From Octopus sinensis (taxonomy: Eukaryota), in assembly GCF_006345805.1 (NCBI RefSeq), contig NC_043026.1:8804001-8868000 (forward strand): a DNA stretch of 64,000 nucleotides, written 5' to 3'. A model generated the notes under the pieces. It made no database searches, was not told where the DNA came from, and was given only the letters and a program-made list of their open reading frames with translations. A program made the position numbers and the translations under genes. Positions 1 through 13,584 of the stretch are shown here, in pieces; within the stretch, counting starts at the first letter, position 1; each line of letters begins with the position of its first letter.

Positions 1-1790
1 TAAAAAAATTATTTTTATAAAAATTATATTTGAAATGTAACAAATATATTTGTTTAAAATCAATTAAAATTATGGCTTCTGTTGATGAAAGTTAATTCTT
101 ATCTAGTCACCCTATAGTCAGACATTCTAGCCATGACCTCACCAATGTGTTATTATCTAATATGTTTTTAAGGGCATTTTTGGGGGACTTTGTTGTTGGT
201 TTGTAATAGAGTTTATATTAAATGCAGACAATGTGAAATATTTCCCAGAAGCCATCCATCTGATAAATAATATCGAAGATGGTGAGAAAACATATTTAAT
301 GCATTGCACATTAAAATGTTGATGTAGGATAAAGATGTGCTGAGAGAGAAAATATATGTTGTCACCAAATTGTTTAATATTTAAACAATTCTTCTTGTTT
401 GCTTCAAGATATAAAATAGAAATGAAATCACCAGAACAATTCCATTTATATACAAAGTTTAATATTAAAATCAAAAAATCAGTTTAAAAAAATTTCATTG
501 ATTGAAAAAAGAAAATGATCAATTAGTAGAGTCGTTAGAACATATGGACTTAATACCTTGTGGTATTTATTCTCTTTGTCTGCTGAATTCAAATCCTGCT
601 GAGATTAATTTTGATTTTTATTATGCTAGTGTCAATAATTAAAATGCCAATCTGAGGTGGTGGTCTGATGGAATTATATATTTGACAGGATTCCTTGTAT
701 TATTTAACCCCTTCGCTACTGTATTTATTTTGAGATGATCTGTGTTTCTTTTAATTACTTTGGATAAAACAAAGAAGTTAGTAAAATAAATTCGTTATTA
801 TGAAGTTAGAGTTAGGAACATAAATTGTGACTAAGTTTTGGTGGAAGATTTTAATTTAAAACTTATGAAAATAAGACATTTGTACTCAGAGCCAGTTTCA
901 GCTGGGTTGTTAATGAAAGGGTTTATGTGGTTCTGTGTGATCTGAGTTCAAATCCTTATGTTGCCGCCCTGGGTTTCACACTTAATCTATAACATTTTTC
1001 AACACCATCACCTGGCCCTTTTAGCGGAGGATTTCTCTGATGTATATTAGGTCTCTTGTTTTGAGAATGTCTTTCTTCCATTCCCCACTCTTGAAGACCC
1101 TGGAAATATAAAGGGCCATCAGCAAGGCCCTTCTCCCTTGACTAAACTTTGAAAAAATTAAATTTACTAAAAACAATTTAACATCCATAAAATTGATTTA
1201 CAAACTTTAAATTTCACTTGAGAATTAGAAATCTACTGGAAACAACTTAAAATGCTGTATCCTTAGATGAACATTTCCATTCCCTTAATTTCCATCAAAT
1301 AGTTTTGACCTTGTCATAACCAAACTATCCTTTATATTATATTCTGGAAATGAAATGTTTTGCTTATAATGTAACTCTGTGAAATGTTTGAACAGTTCCT
1401 AGTATGAAAAATACTGCCTGAAAATAAAACAATTTTCAACATAACAGCATAATTATGTTTGAAATAGTTGTAAGGAATATTGTAAAGACTGTAAATGTGT
1501 TAATGAAGTTGTTAATGAAGATAATTATCATAAAAGTACTTACTTGAGTCAATAATTGCGTTTGAATTTCAGCCTGAAGTCTTTCTGTCTGTGAGTTCAG
1601 TTGAAAGAACTGGCAAAAATGTGATAATCCCTACTAGTGAGGCTTATTTATAAATAGCAGGAAGAAGTGGGCGTTAACGCCTCCTGTGTGTGTGTGTGTA
1701 GTGTGAAATTTGCACACAAGCTGTTATGTATTTGATCACGTAGACAAATGATAAAGCCTAGACATGTCCTACATGTGTGTCTCTATATTA

Positions 1791-1825
<35 letters not shown>

Positions 1826-1991
1826 TCATATATATGGATGTGTGTGTGCTAGGTTCCCACTACAGGGAAAAAGAGATAATTACTTGCAAACACACACACA
1901 CACACATATATAAATGTATATACAATTATTTCTGTGTGCATAGATAGATGCGTATTTACATATATATATAAATATAATACATACACATATA

Positions 1992-2215
1992 TACTTTGAT
2001 ACTTTGATAGGTTTCGGCCATTATTGGCCCAGGCCATGTCTAACTTAATAGCACCACCTGGTGAAGTCTTTCAAGTCAGAATTTGGGCACTATGGCCCAC
2101 TCAAGTAGAGAGTTATTGTTTACAGAGACATATCCGGGTGTAGGGTGTTTATCCGGGATTTCTTGAAGGAATCTGTCCAAAGACTTCTTGAACCCTATAG
2201 GGTCAGTTTCTGTTT
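1992..2215 (-). mobile_element. 3' end of a CR1-clade LINE
   Basis: Minus strand reads ETDPIGFKKSLDRFLQEIPDKHPTPGYVSVNNNSLLEW (CR1-like ORF2 C-terminus), then a short UTR and an 8-bp tail repeat (atcaaagt)x2. Confidence 0.6.
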
Positions 2216-2456
2216 TAATGTGTTTTGGTGTAATGTTAAAGAGAGCGGGGCCAATTGAGGTGAAATAATTGTGCCGTATTGTTGTTATGAGATGAGAGTG
2301 CGATTTTTGTTTTGGGCGGATATAATATATTTAGTGTGTGTGTGTGTGTGTGTATTGTATCTGCCTCCAGTCTAGTGATTAAGCAACTGCTATAATTAAC
2401 AGTATTACTAATTACGGCATACAAAGCAAATACACTGAGTAACTATTTATATATAT

Positions 2457-2506
<50 letters not shown>

Positions 2507-2509
<3 letters not shown>

Positions 2510-2660
2510 GATGGGCTTCTTTCAGTTTCCATCTACTAAATCCACTCACAAGTCTTTGCTCGGCCCAAAGACACTTGCCCAAGGTGCCATGCAATGGGAC
2601 TGAACCCACAACCATGTGGTTGGGAAGCAAGCTTCTTACTACAAAGGCACTCATGCCTAT
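2507..2660 (-). mobile_element. Partial tRNA-derived SINE (family also at 19200)
   Basis: Matches the 5' half of the 19200-19596 element: gggactgaaccc B-box complement, ttctttcagtttcc, gacacttgcccaagg. Confidence 0.65.
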
Positions 2661-3641
2661 ATATATATATATATGCAGACGTGTGTGTGCATACTTACAT
2701 ATACATAGATAGTCACACACACACACACACACACATGTACTGAAGAGCCTTGTGGTTTGCTAGAAGCCTTGTCATTGGAGACTGACAGCTTCTTACGATG
2801 TAGAAAGGCAAAAGTCATCTTTTTATATTTCGGGAAAGATGTAAATGTTACTTAACTGACCCTTTCCACATTGGAAGGGGCTCTCCATCTTCATCATTTT
2901 ATTAGTTTCATATGTGTGCGTGTGTGTTCAGCTTCATTTATATATCATCATCATCATCATCTTCATCACTGTACATATTTGTTTTGTCCACTTGTATGGA
3001 TTGGAGGGTCAGCGGTTCTCTCCCAGATGGGTCTCAGGATGTCATTTAGCCTTTAATATTTATTTTGGGTTTCGTTTCTATGGTGTGTTGTCCTTCACAA
3101 CATCAACTGTCTTACAGTGTCCTTGGTGCCTTCTTGTTCTGGATCCAGCCCTGGAGGGGATTAGAAGTGAGAAAGAGCGAGATATAAGGCATCTCAATAA
3201 ATGATGAGAGTGAATGGTTGATGTCAATATCAAATGGACATTGGTGGGAGCGAGTGTATGGGGTACATGTACATCTGATGAGCTCCCTTATATGTGGACC
3301 CCAAACAGTAGCAGAAGACTGATGTGCATGAGAGGGGTGTTGGGTGGGGGTGATATATGTCTCTTGGCTCTCTTGTTACAAGGGAATTGATGTAGAGGGA
3401 GCCATCGGAAAGATCCAGTGCTATCGTTAGTCACATCAATATGAGAGAAGAGGAGAGTGGCAGAAATGGAGATGAATAGGGGTATGTGATTGGAGAGGGG
3501 AGTGGTAGAAGGGGTAGTAGACCACTGATGGGGTGGGGGTATCTATATATGTGTATAAATTACATATACTTGCATACATTGTTCAATTTATTGTTTTGGT
3601 TTTCCATTTCTGATTTATATTTATATGTATGTATCTATCTA

Positions 3642-3683
<42 letters not shown>

Positions 3684-3779
3684 GCCCATGCTGGGGCACT
3701 GCCTTGAAACGGTTTAAACACATAAATTGACCCCATTTAAAAAAAATCTTGATATTTATTTTATTGATTTTTTTTTTGA

Positions 3780-4045
3780 TGAACCACTAGGTTACAGGAA
3801 TGTAAACACACACCAGTTGTCAAGCGATTGTGTGGAAGAAATACTCACAAAGATCTATGCATTTAGATGTATGTATACATATGATGGGCTTCTTTCAGTT
3901 TCCATCTACAAAATCCTCTCACAAAATTTTGGTGGGCGTGAGACTGTAGTAGAAGACACTTGCCCATGGTGGCACACTGTGGGACTGAAACCAGAACCAT
4001 GTGGCTGGGAAGCAGACTTCTTACCACCAACCCACGTCTGCACCT
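3780..4045 (-). mobile_element. tRNA-derived SINE copy
   Basis: Same diagnostic segments as the 19200 family, with internal (TA)n. Confidence 0.6.
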
Positions 4046-4068
4046 AAGTACTCTCTCACACACACATA

Positions 4069-4105
<37 letters not shown>

Positions 4106-4291
4106 ATATATATATATATATATATGGCTGTATCATCCTTTGCCTTTGCCATGGACAACATTGGTGACATGGAGAGCAGAGGCTGGAATGCATGGGCAAC
4201 TGCTGGACTTGTACCTCAGAGGGGAACTTTCTAAGTGCAATCCCATGGTCATTCATGACCGGGAGGGAGCCTTTATACTTTTACCCCCTTT

Positions 4292-4323
4292 CTCTCTTTC
4301 TCCCCCTTTCTCTCTCTCTCTCA

Positions 4324-4394
<71 letters not shown>

Positions 4395-4395
4395 G
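4292..4395. repeat. (CT)n microsatellite
   Basis: About 100 bp of ct repeats; explains the LSLSLS/ERERER ORFs. Confidence 0.95.
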
Positions 4396-4997
4396 ATTGG
4401 GATTCATGATCAAAAGCATTCCATCCATGACCATCCCAAAATTTTACATCTATTTTCAACTGCACTGTCTAAGGGGTCTTATGATATAAGACAAGGGTGT
4501 GATTAACAGCAAAATTGGCTGCTATTTCTTGTGTGTTGATTTACCACGTACATAGCCCCTCATTAGCTGAGAGTGTATGTTCTGTTTTGCTGATAAGAGA
4601 AGACTTTGGTCAACATTGTTAATCTAATCTGCTAAAAACAACAAAGAGAGAAGAGCATTTTATCAGGAGATAATGTCATGCGTTGGTAACATTGCTCATG
4701 TGTTGCAAGGTTGCTTAGTGATTGAGTTGGCGAGGGTGGGCATGGATGGCCCCATTGTCACTGCTTAACTCAGGACATAATGGGAACAAAGTCATTCCAA
4801 AGAACATATTTCAATATCTGAAGTGGTATTTAAAGTGGTGTGTGTCATATGGAGAGGTGTCTGATAAACAAGTACAAGAAAACTGTGTGTATGTACGTGT
4901 GTGTACATGTGTATGTATGTTGTATCCATGTGAATGCATATATGTGGGTATATATGTGTATGTATAGATATATATATATGTACATGTGTGTGTGTAT

Positions 4998-5028
<31 letters not shown>

Positions 5029-5044
5029 CATATATAGATAGATG

Positions 5045-5355
5045 TATGAGCTTACGATCGAGAGATTGTGAGCTCAAATCCCGGACTGGGCTGTGTGTTG
5101 TGTACTTGAGTAAGACACTTTATTTCACGTTGCTCCAGTTCACTCAGCCTTAGAAATGAGTTACAGTGTCACAGGTGGCAAGCTGTATCGGCCCCTTTGC
5201 CTTTCCCTTGGATAACACTGGTGGTGTAGAGTGGGGAGGCTGGTATGCATGGGTGACTGCTGGTCTTCCATAAACAACCTTGCCTGGACTTGTGCCTGGG
5301 AGGGTAACTTTCTAGGTGCAATCCCATGGTCAGTGTCGTGACCGAAGGGGGTCTC
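5045..5355 (+). mobile_element. SINE with CORE-like central domain
   Basis: Degenerate tRNA head (gagctcaaatccc), then cttgagtaagacactttatttcac, resembling the CORE-SINE domain. Related 3' piece at 4130-4270. Confidence 0.5.
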
Positions 5356-5384
5356 TCAGATATATATATGCATGTACGTGAAGG

Positions 5385-6722
5385 GATTCATGATGTGTCT
5401 GACTTCTATTTACTAAGATTTTGGTAGGTTAACTCTAAGGCCCTTCTATTCTAGACCTTGCTTCCATACCTGAAACTTTTTCTCTAGTTCTCGAAGTGAT
5501 TCATCTATTATAGCAAAGACATCAGCTTAGAGGAGCTCCCAGGCACAGTCTGTCATACATTCCTCTGTTATTGCCTGGAGAACTCTGATGAACAAGAGGG
5601 TGCTGGGAACCGATCCTTGGTGAATACCTACTTATACCCTGAATTCTTCACTGTACTCCTGGCCAACGATCACCTTGCTGATTGTGTCCCTGTACACTGC
5701 TTGAACGGCTCACCAACAACTCGTCTAACCCTAGTTTCAGCATTGACGCCGAGATAAGGGATCGGGGGCCCCTGTCAAAGGCTTTCTCCAAGTCAACAAA
5801 AGCCAAGTACAGAGGTTTATTTTTGGTTACATATTTCTCTTTGTTGTGGAGATCACTAGCATCTAAATCTGTCCAATAGAATCGAATGGATAGTTGTAGA
5901 ACTCTCTAGAATATTCTATTGGACAGATTTAGATGCTAGAACTCTCCATAATACTCCTGAAGCTTCCCTTCCAGAAATATAGCATCAGAGGTGCTTCTTC
6001 CTGGCACCACAAAACCAAAGTGCATCTCTTCTAGACTAACTCTCTCCCTAATTTGTTTGGTTAGGACCCTCTCTGCAACTTTCATCATTTGATTCAACAA
6101 TTTGATACCTCTGCAATTATTCCTATCTAAAGCATCACCTTCCCATTTGTAGCAGTTCACTATGGTGCTGCTACACCAGTCATTGGGTATGACTCCTTCG
6201 TGAACAACTTGATATGAGTGAGTAGACCATTACCCACACACGCCAAGATATTTTAAGGATCTCAGCAGTGATTCCTGATGGGCTGGGGCCTTTCCCTGTT
6301 TACATATTCTTAATTGCTTTATCTATCAAGATACTGTCGCTTTGGATAGCTGGTCCCTCACTTGGGTCAACATTTGGCAGACTCTCCTCCCATTCATTCT
6401 CCACGTCCAGCAGTCTTTCATAATGGAATTTCTAAGCCTCTTTCCTTGCCAAATCCTTAAATGCTAGTGAACCATCATCCATGTGGACACATTTCTCTCC
6501 TATGACATCACAAATCTCTCTCATACACTGTCTTGCATTCAAAAACACTTCAAGACTCTGGTTCTCATGTCGCTAAACATAGGCAAACTTCTTCTCTTCT
6601 CTCTGGCTAGATAGACCTGTCCCCTAGCTTTCCTTCTGGTTATCTGATACGGTTTCCTCCTACCCCCAATCTTCTTTGCTCTAATGGCCTTGTCAACAGC
6701 ATTGTTCCTCTACCATGTCACC
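5385..6722 (-). mobile_element. Decayed RTE-clade LINE, reverse transcriptase region
   Basis: ORF 5936-6160 GDALDRNNCRGIKLLNQMMKVAERVL...HFGFVVPGRSTSDAIF matches RTE RT domains; flanks carry stops and frameshifts. Confidence 0.8.
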
Positions 6723-6855
6723 CTAGGTCTGGATGGGACTTTGCACCAGCTGCAGATTTGGCACGTACATATGTAAACATATATGTTTATGTATGTATGT
6801 ATATGTATATGTACAAATATACGTATGTATGTGTATATGTGTGTGTATTAAATTA

Positions 6856-7785
6856 CTGGACCAGGTTATAAATGTCCCTGCAAGAGCCGTAGCCCAGTTA
6901 ATGAAGGAGACAGTTAACAATGAGTCCAGCGAGATGAATTTAGTGTGCGAGTGGGAGTTCAATCATGGGTCAGTCATGAGACCTCTCTTATTTTTCATAG
7001 TCGTCAAGGCCATAACGGAGGAATTTAAGACTGGTTACCCATGGGAACTCCTCTATGATGAAGATCTTGTTCTTACAGCTGAAACTTAGGAGAATTAATT
7101 TGAGAATTCCAAATGTGAAAACAAAACCAGGAATGAAAGGGTCTTAAAGTTAAGTTGGCAAAGACCCAAGTTCAAGTTAGCAGAAAAATAGGGCAGTAAT
7201 CCGTTTGGGTAAATGACCCTGTTCCATGTATAGAGAAGGTGTAGGCAGAAATTGCTTACAATGTCCTCAGTGCAAATCATGGATGCATAAGAGGTGTAGT
7301 GGTATGAGAAGAATGTAAAGAGAGAGAGAACAGAAGTTGTTTGTGGCAGATGTGCAGGAGCAATAAGTAATAAGAGAACATGGGAAATAGATGTTGTGGA
7401 ATACCTAGGCAGCTCCCTAGAAATAGTAGGCAGATTCTGTTATCTAGGTGAGCTAATTAACAGTGGAGGAGGATAGACTGAACAGATAGTTACTGGAATA
7501 AGATGTGAGTGGAGAAAGCTTAGAGAACTTTTACGTAAGTTGGTAATGAAAGACTTTTCTCTCAGAGTGAAAGGTAGGTTGTACGATGCCTATATACAAA
7601 CAGCAAAGCTACACAGTTGTGAAAGTTAGGAGTTGAATGCAGAAGATATAGAAAGAGAAGAAACTAGCATGCTCCACTGGATGTGCAATACCAGGGTGCT
7701 TTTAGGACAAAGAAATGTGCTGAGAAAATTGGAGACATCGGATGTGGTGTACAAGATAGATGACTGCGCTGGCATGGTCATGTAA
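6856..7785 (+). mobile_element. Second decayed RTE-clade LINE fragment (RT to C-terminus)
   Basis: HGSVMRPLLFFIVVKAITEEFKTGYPWELLYDEDLVL (YADD-type region); DNA similarity to the copy at 15175-15965. Confidence 0.75.
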
Positions 7786-8400
7786 GGTGGACAGAGGTGG
7801 AGGAAATGGTCTGATGACATTTTGGCACCTTGGACTGGCAGGTTCTAAGGATCGAGGAGCTCATTCTGTGAACCATATTGACTTTAGTGTTGATGAGAAC
7901 ACTCCAGTCGAGACTGTTTCCAACAGCTACTCCTAAGTCTCTACTTTTGGATGCTGTGAGTAGTTCCTCTGATGGAAGAGAATATGGTCGGCTGAGGGCA
8001 TTCTCTTTTGCAAACTGCACGTGTTCAGTTTGGTCTTCTTTGCTGCTTCAGTGTGTGAGACAGTTATGGTCGAGATAATATGCTGAGGGTTGACCTCGTT
8101 CACATCCCTTGCATCAATATCAGTGGGATCGCTAAAGGCAGGACAGTATTGTTTCTGTAGTACTTGAGCCATGTCTTTAGCGTTGTGGTGGAGAATCCTG
8201 TTATTGTCTCTCAATGGACCTACGGGTGGGGCAGCGGTCTTATGCTTGCTATGCATCAACAATGAAGTCAATGTAGCTTGCAGGACGAGCTCCTGGATCC
8301 TCGGAACTTTCCAGTCTGGAGAGCAAGATGCAATTGTTCCCCTACTCTCCTCTTTTGAGCAGCCACTCCTAAAATGATGCTGCCCCTACGGTTCCCCTGC
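7786..8400 (-). mobile_element. CR1-like LINE ORF2 remnant, RT core missing
   Basis: GPLRDNNRILHHNAKDMAQVLQKQY (pre-RT linker) lies next to SRDLGVAVGNSLDWSVLINTKVNMVHRMSSSILRT (post-RT). Confidence 0.55.
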
Positions 8401-9129
8401 CCCACACCAAACAAAACATTGAGAGAAATGAGTCACTCCAGAGAGCAATCATTAAAGAAATACAAAGTATGACTCGTCTTGATTATTGGGACCACATTAA
8501 AGCATTGAAACTTTATTCTCTCCAAAGCCATCTTGCACGATGTGGCGAATACATGACCAGCATTGCTGAAACAACATTAATATTTGATTCAGAATACATC
8601 CAGGGCTAGGGTGGCCACGTGCCACATGGCCCCTACACAATTCAGGATCACAACACATAAATCCATAGCAATATAATTCTTTTCCTCAACAGGACCCTAT
8701 TCCATATAATGTTATCCAAAAACAATTAAAAAAAAAGAAAATACTATCCCATTCCCTTTAAATGAAACCTGGACAAATTTTCTTAGGGGATACCAGAGAA
8801 ACCCCCAATACCTGGGTACATCTCACTCAACAGCTCCCTACGTAAATGGGCCCTGATACCACAAAATATGACTTGAAAACGATTTAATAGATCCTATGAG
8901 GGGATGCTATTAAGTCAGACATGGTTGGGGCTAGTCTTTGGCCAAAATGTATTTCAGTTTTTAAATTGATACATACATATATAGACATACGTACGTACAT
9001 ATGTATGTATGTATCATAATCATCATCTAACATAGCTTGTTTCTAGTTTATGTGTGTGTGTGTACTATACTAGTTTCAGTCATTAAACTACGCCCATGAT
9101 GGAGCAATGCCCTGATGACATTTAGTCAA

Positions 9130-9420
9130 ACGAATCAACTCCTGTACTTACTATGTTTTAAGACTGGAACCTATTCTGTCGATCTCGTTTTGCCAAGTCG
9201 CTAAGTTACAGGAACATGAACACACCAACACTGGTTGTCAAGCAGTGGGAGGGGACAGACTTGGAGATGAAACACACACTTGGAGATGATGGGCTTCTTT
9301 CAGTTTCCGTTTACCCTATCCTCTCACAAGGTTTTTCTCAGCCTGTGGCTGTAGTCGATGACAACTGCCCAAGGTGCCATGCAATGGGACTGAACCCAGA
9401 ACCATGTGGCTTTACAAAGT
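9130..9420 (-). mobile_element. tRNA-derived SINE copy
   Basis: Segments shared with the 19200 family. Confidence 0.55.
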
Positions 9421-9787
9421 GATACTACACACACACATACACAGTTATCATAGCTGTTGCTCTTGTATACACACACCGTACACCCATTAACGGCCCCTTA
9501 CCTACCCCCAACTCCTCTTTATATATCTTCTGTGATATTGCACCCCTATCAGCTCTTATCCTGTTTGCAGACCCTCCTCCCTGCCACCTGCCATCATTTA
9601 TTGTGAAATTCTCTTCAACTTTGAGATTTGCCAAAGAAATAAGAGATTGCAATATCAGAGGAAACAATGACTCCTTGCCATTATCTCCTTCACCTCAACT
9701 GCCAACACCACTGCATTGCACACACGCCCTTGCCTACACATCCATCTAGCTAATAGTCTCTTTCTGTCTGTCTCTCTTTCACTCCCC

Positions 9788-9824
<37 letters not shown>

Positions 9825-9832
9825 TGTATATA

Positions 9833-9881
<49 letters not shown>

Positions 9882-10090
9882 GTTAGGGAGCTTGCTTCCT
9901 AGCTACATGGTTTCGGGTTCAGTCCCCCTGCGTGGCACATTGGGCAGGTGTCTTCCACTATGGCCCCGAGCCAACCGAAGCTTTGTGATTGAATTCGGTA
10001 GGCGGGAGTTACTGCCATGTGTGTATGTGTGTGTATAGCTGCTCAGTGCCTCTGAGCAAGGTATGAACTGTAACTGCACAACATTGTGTA

Positions 10091-10467
10091 GTATATTTGC
10101 CACCTAAATGTGGCTAACCCTTAAGGGTTGATGCTACTGTAGCTTGTAGCCCCAGGAAAACATCTCCTCCAGCTGGCTATTGACAAACTTTCAGTGCCTA
10201 TCAGTATTTGCAAAGGGAAGCCATCCATCCCATCTTCAACCTGACGTGATACACACGGACCCGAGTTTCTGGACATTGACCTGTCCAGAAACTCCGGTCC
10301 ATGTGTATAATGTCAGACTGGAGAAGGGAAGGATGGCTTCCCTTTGCAAATACTGATAGGGCACAGAAAGTGTGTCAATAGCCAGCTGGAGGAGATGTCG
10401 TCCTGGGGCTACAAGCTACAGTAGCATCAACCCTTAAGGGTTAGCCACATTTAGGTGGCAAATATAC
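10091..10467. mobile_element. 377-bp foldback/MITE-like near-perfect palindrome
   Basis: Arms 10091-10275 and 10282-10467 are reverse complements with few mismatches; 6-nt loop ttgacc. Confidence 0.8.
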
Positions 10468-11539
10468 CTCACGGTATATATATATATGTATATTTATATA
10501 TATTTTAGTGGGGTAGGTCGACTTCATTGACCCTGCTGCCTCACTGGTACTTTCTTTATCGACCCTGAAAGAATTAAAAGCAATGTCAACTTTGGCAGAA
10601 TGTGAACTGAGAGTGCAAAGATGGACGGAATGGCGCTAAGCATCTTGTCCGATTTGCTCACGACTCTCCAAGCTTGCCACGGCAGAATCGCTAGCACAGC
10701 GGGAGAAATGATTAGCAGTATTTCGTTCACCTTCACATTCTGAGTTCAAATTCCGTCTACCAAATCCACTCAAAAGGCTTTGGTTGGCCCGAGGCTATGG
10801 TACAAGACACTTACCCAAGGTGCCATGCAGTGGGATTGAACCCAGAACCACACAGTTGGGAAGCAATCTATACAGATATACACATGTATTCTTTTATTCT
10901 TTTATTCTTTTACTTGTTTCAGTCATTTGACTGCGGCCATGCTGGGGCTTCACCTTGAAGCGTTTTTGTCAAACAATTCGACCCCCTCCCCAGGTAAGTA
11001 TTTTATGGGTTCCCATTGCCGAACCGCTAAGTTATGCAGACATCAATACACCGACTCCTGTTCTCAAGCGCTGATGAGTGGACACACACACACACACACA
11101 CACACGTTTATATTTGTGTGTGTGTCTGTGTTTGTCCTCTGACCAGCGCTTGATAGCCGATGTTGGTTTGTTTATATCCCCATAACTTAGCGGCTCTGCC
11201 TGTAAGCATTCAGTGATGCTCTACATATCACCAATAGCTTACCGGCTGCTATTTCTAGCAATGATCGTACTTCGTGTACGCCTGCTTTCTATATTTATAA
11301 TTCTACCTTTTATGGTGCTTTATTCTTGCTGAGCAATAAAATTATTTTCAATAATATTTATATTTGTATATATATACACACACGTGTATGCATACCACTT
11401 CTACATACACTCATTTATGTGTGTAAGCATATATACATATATGCATTTACGCGTGTAGAATCATACATCTCCCTCTCTCTGTATCTATCAACTCACTGAA
11501 AATGTTCAACACTTGATATTTCCTTTATAGTGAATTCTT

Positions 11540-11905
11540 GTGTAGTAAATACACACACACGCACACACACACTTTATCGGTCGCATATTGATAGTGTATG
11601 TGTTTTGTTTATCCGCCAGTTTGTTGCGGGATAGCATTCTGGGGAGACTCCCTACATAACGACAGGTGTTAAAGAACACTGAATGCATGGTACCTGGGAA
11701 CTACAATAATGGGGAAATATCGATATCTACCATTCTAGCTCATGTAGGGGACAGTTGTCTGGCCTGTTCGGAGACATTCAGTGTTCTTTAACACTCGGGG
11801 TCGCGTAGGGAGATTTCCCTCAATGCTATTCCGTGATAAATGTGTGTATAAAGATAATATATACACTATGCATGTACAGCCGAGACTGCTTGTATATACA
11901 AGAAC
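11540..11905. repeat. Diverged inverted repeat with ~85-bp spacer
   Basis: ...gtgttaaagaacactgaatg at ~11670-11690 mirrors cattcagtgttctttaacac at ~11776; opposite-strand ORFs 11506-11688 and 11781-11996 translate similarly. Confidence 0.6.
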
Positions 11906-12016
11906 CTGGATGTCTGGGTTATATTTGACGATCTGCTATGTCTTGTTTCTTAAGGAACCACTTGATATGTTGGCGAACAGTGAAAGGTATCATTGAGAAA
12001 AACAAAGTTAGCTGAG

Positions 12017-12985
12017 ATGGAGGTGTGGCTGGCATCTGCATATTAGAAACGAGTTACCTGTATCATGATGATCCAACCCAGGTACCCAAATGCCAACATC
12101 CTGACTGGTGCTCAACGCTTTGTGAACATTTTTAAGGCTGTAACACGTGACATGGAGAACTGCAATGGAGACTATGACACCATGGCCAGAAGGAAAGGGT
12201 ACATCAGTGGTCCTGACTGGATCTGAATGCCAAGGTTCATCCCACAACGGCAAGGGAAGGGGATGTAAGACCCAAACAAAGGAATGTGGGCTTTGGTGAG
12301 CGAGGTGGGTGTCAGAGTTGCCACTGTGAAGCTGATCCTGAAGAAGGACCTGTGCTACCACTACACGACTGGTAGCAAAGGACAAATTCTGATAGCCAAG
12401 TTCAAGGAGGACCTCCTGACCAAGGCCAAAAGATCTCCTGAACAAGGTAAGGCATCCCGTTGAACCAAGAATTGTCTGGTTATTCACAGTCGTAAGAAAA
12501 CAAATCCACGTGATGTGCTGTGTATCATGAAAAACAAAGTTGCCCAAAACAGTGATTGTCTTTGAGGGTATCTTGAGTGAGGGTGACATCGTGCTACCCC
12601 TCAGGGCTTTTGGGTCAATTCAAACGGTTATGTGGAGACTCTGTTGAAACCCTGGCTGGAGAAATTTCTGCTGGAATGCCATATGTGTGGAAGCAGGATT
12701 ACTATGTCCCCATACTTCCAGAAATAATCAAAAGTGGTTGTCGGAGAATTTATTTAACTTCACCAGCCCCCATTTCTTAATTTCTAAACCCCCTGATAGC
12801 AAATCCATGGATTATTATTGTGCAGTGCAGTTGGGAAAGACATGAACCTCTCTCTCTGCAACACAAAGTCTGAGCTGATGGCCAAGATGAAGAAGGCATT
12901 CGAAGATCATCTGAGAAACTCAACGAGGAACACAAGGGCTAGGTTCCAGAGACACCTTGAGGCCCTGGTGGCTACTTTGATTAAA
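12017..12985 (+). pseudogene. Decayed Tc1/mariner (maT/DD37D-like) transposase
   Basis: Plus-strand frames give DPNKGMWALVSEVGVRVATVKLILKKDL, SEGDIVLP..VNSNGYVE, GMPYVWKQD, HTSRNNQKWLSEN, NTKSELMAKMKKAF...ARFQRHLEALV; multiple stops and frameshifts. Confidence 0.7.
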
Positions 12986-13134
12986 CACACACACACACAC
13001 ATATATATATATTCTACGTTGCTTTTTCATATGCTAGTCTGTGGCCATGCTGGGGCACTGCCTTCATTAATTTAAATAATCAAATTGACTGCAGTATTAT
13101 TATTATTTCCTTATTTGGACTGAAAGTCTGACAG

Positions 13135-13490
13135 TTATTCTATTGCCCTGGTTCGCCAAACTGCAAGGTTACATGGACGTAAACAAACCAACACCTGCTT
13201 CCAAATAGTGCAAAGGAACAGACAAAAACTCATCAGCCTTCTTTTTAGTTTCCAACAAAGAAATCCCTTCTTGAGGATTTGGTTGGATTGGGGCTATAGT
13301 AGAAGACAATTATTCTATTGCTCTGGTTCGCCAAACTGCAAGGTTACATGGACGTAAACAAACCAACACCTGCTTCCAAATAGTGCAAAGGAACAGACAA
13401 AAACTCAACTCATCAGCCTTCTTTTTAGCTTCCAACAAAGAAATCCCTTCTTGAGGATTTGGTTTGATTGGGGCTATAGTAGAAGACACT
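13135..13490. repeat. Tandem duplication (~175-180 bp x2) of a SINE segment
   Basis: ttattctattgc..ggttcgccaaactgcaagg...agtagaagaca occurs twice head-to-tail. Confidence 0.85.
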
Positions 13491-13584
13491 TCCCCAAGGT
13501 GCCACTTCGTGGGACTGAACCCAGCAACGTGCGGTTGGGAAATAAGCTTCTTACCAAGTAGCCATTACTGGAAGCAGCCCAACA

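Noticed and set aside
12008-12589. 193-aa minus-strand ORF
   Set aside because: Antisense shadow of the plus-strand mariner pseudogene.
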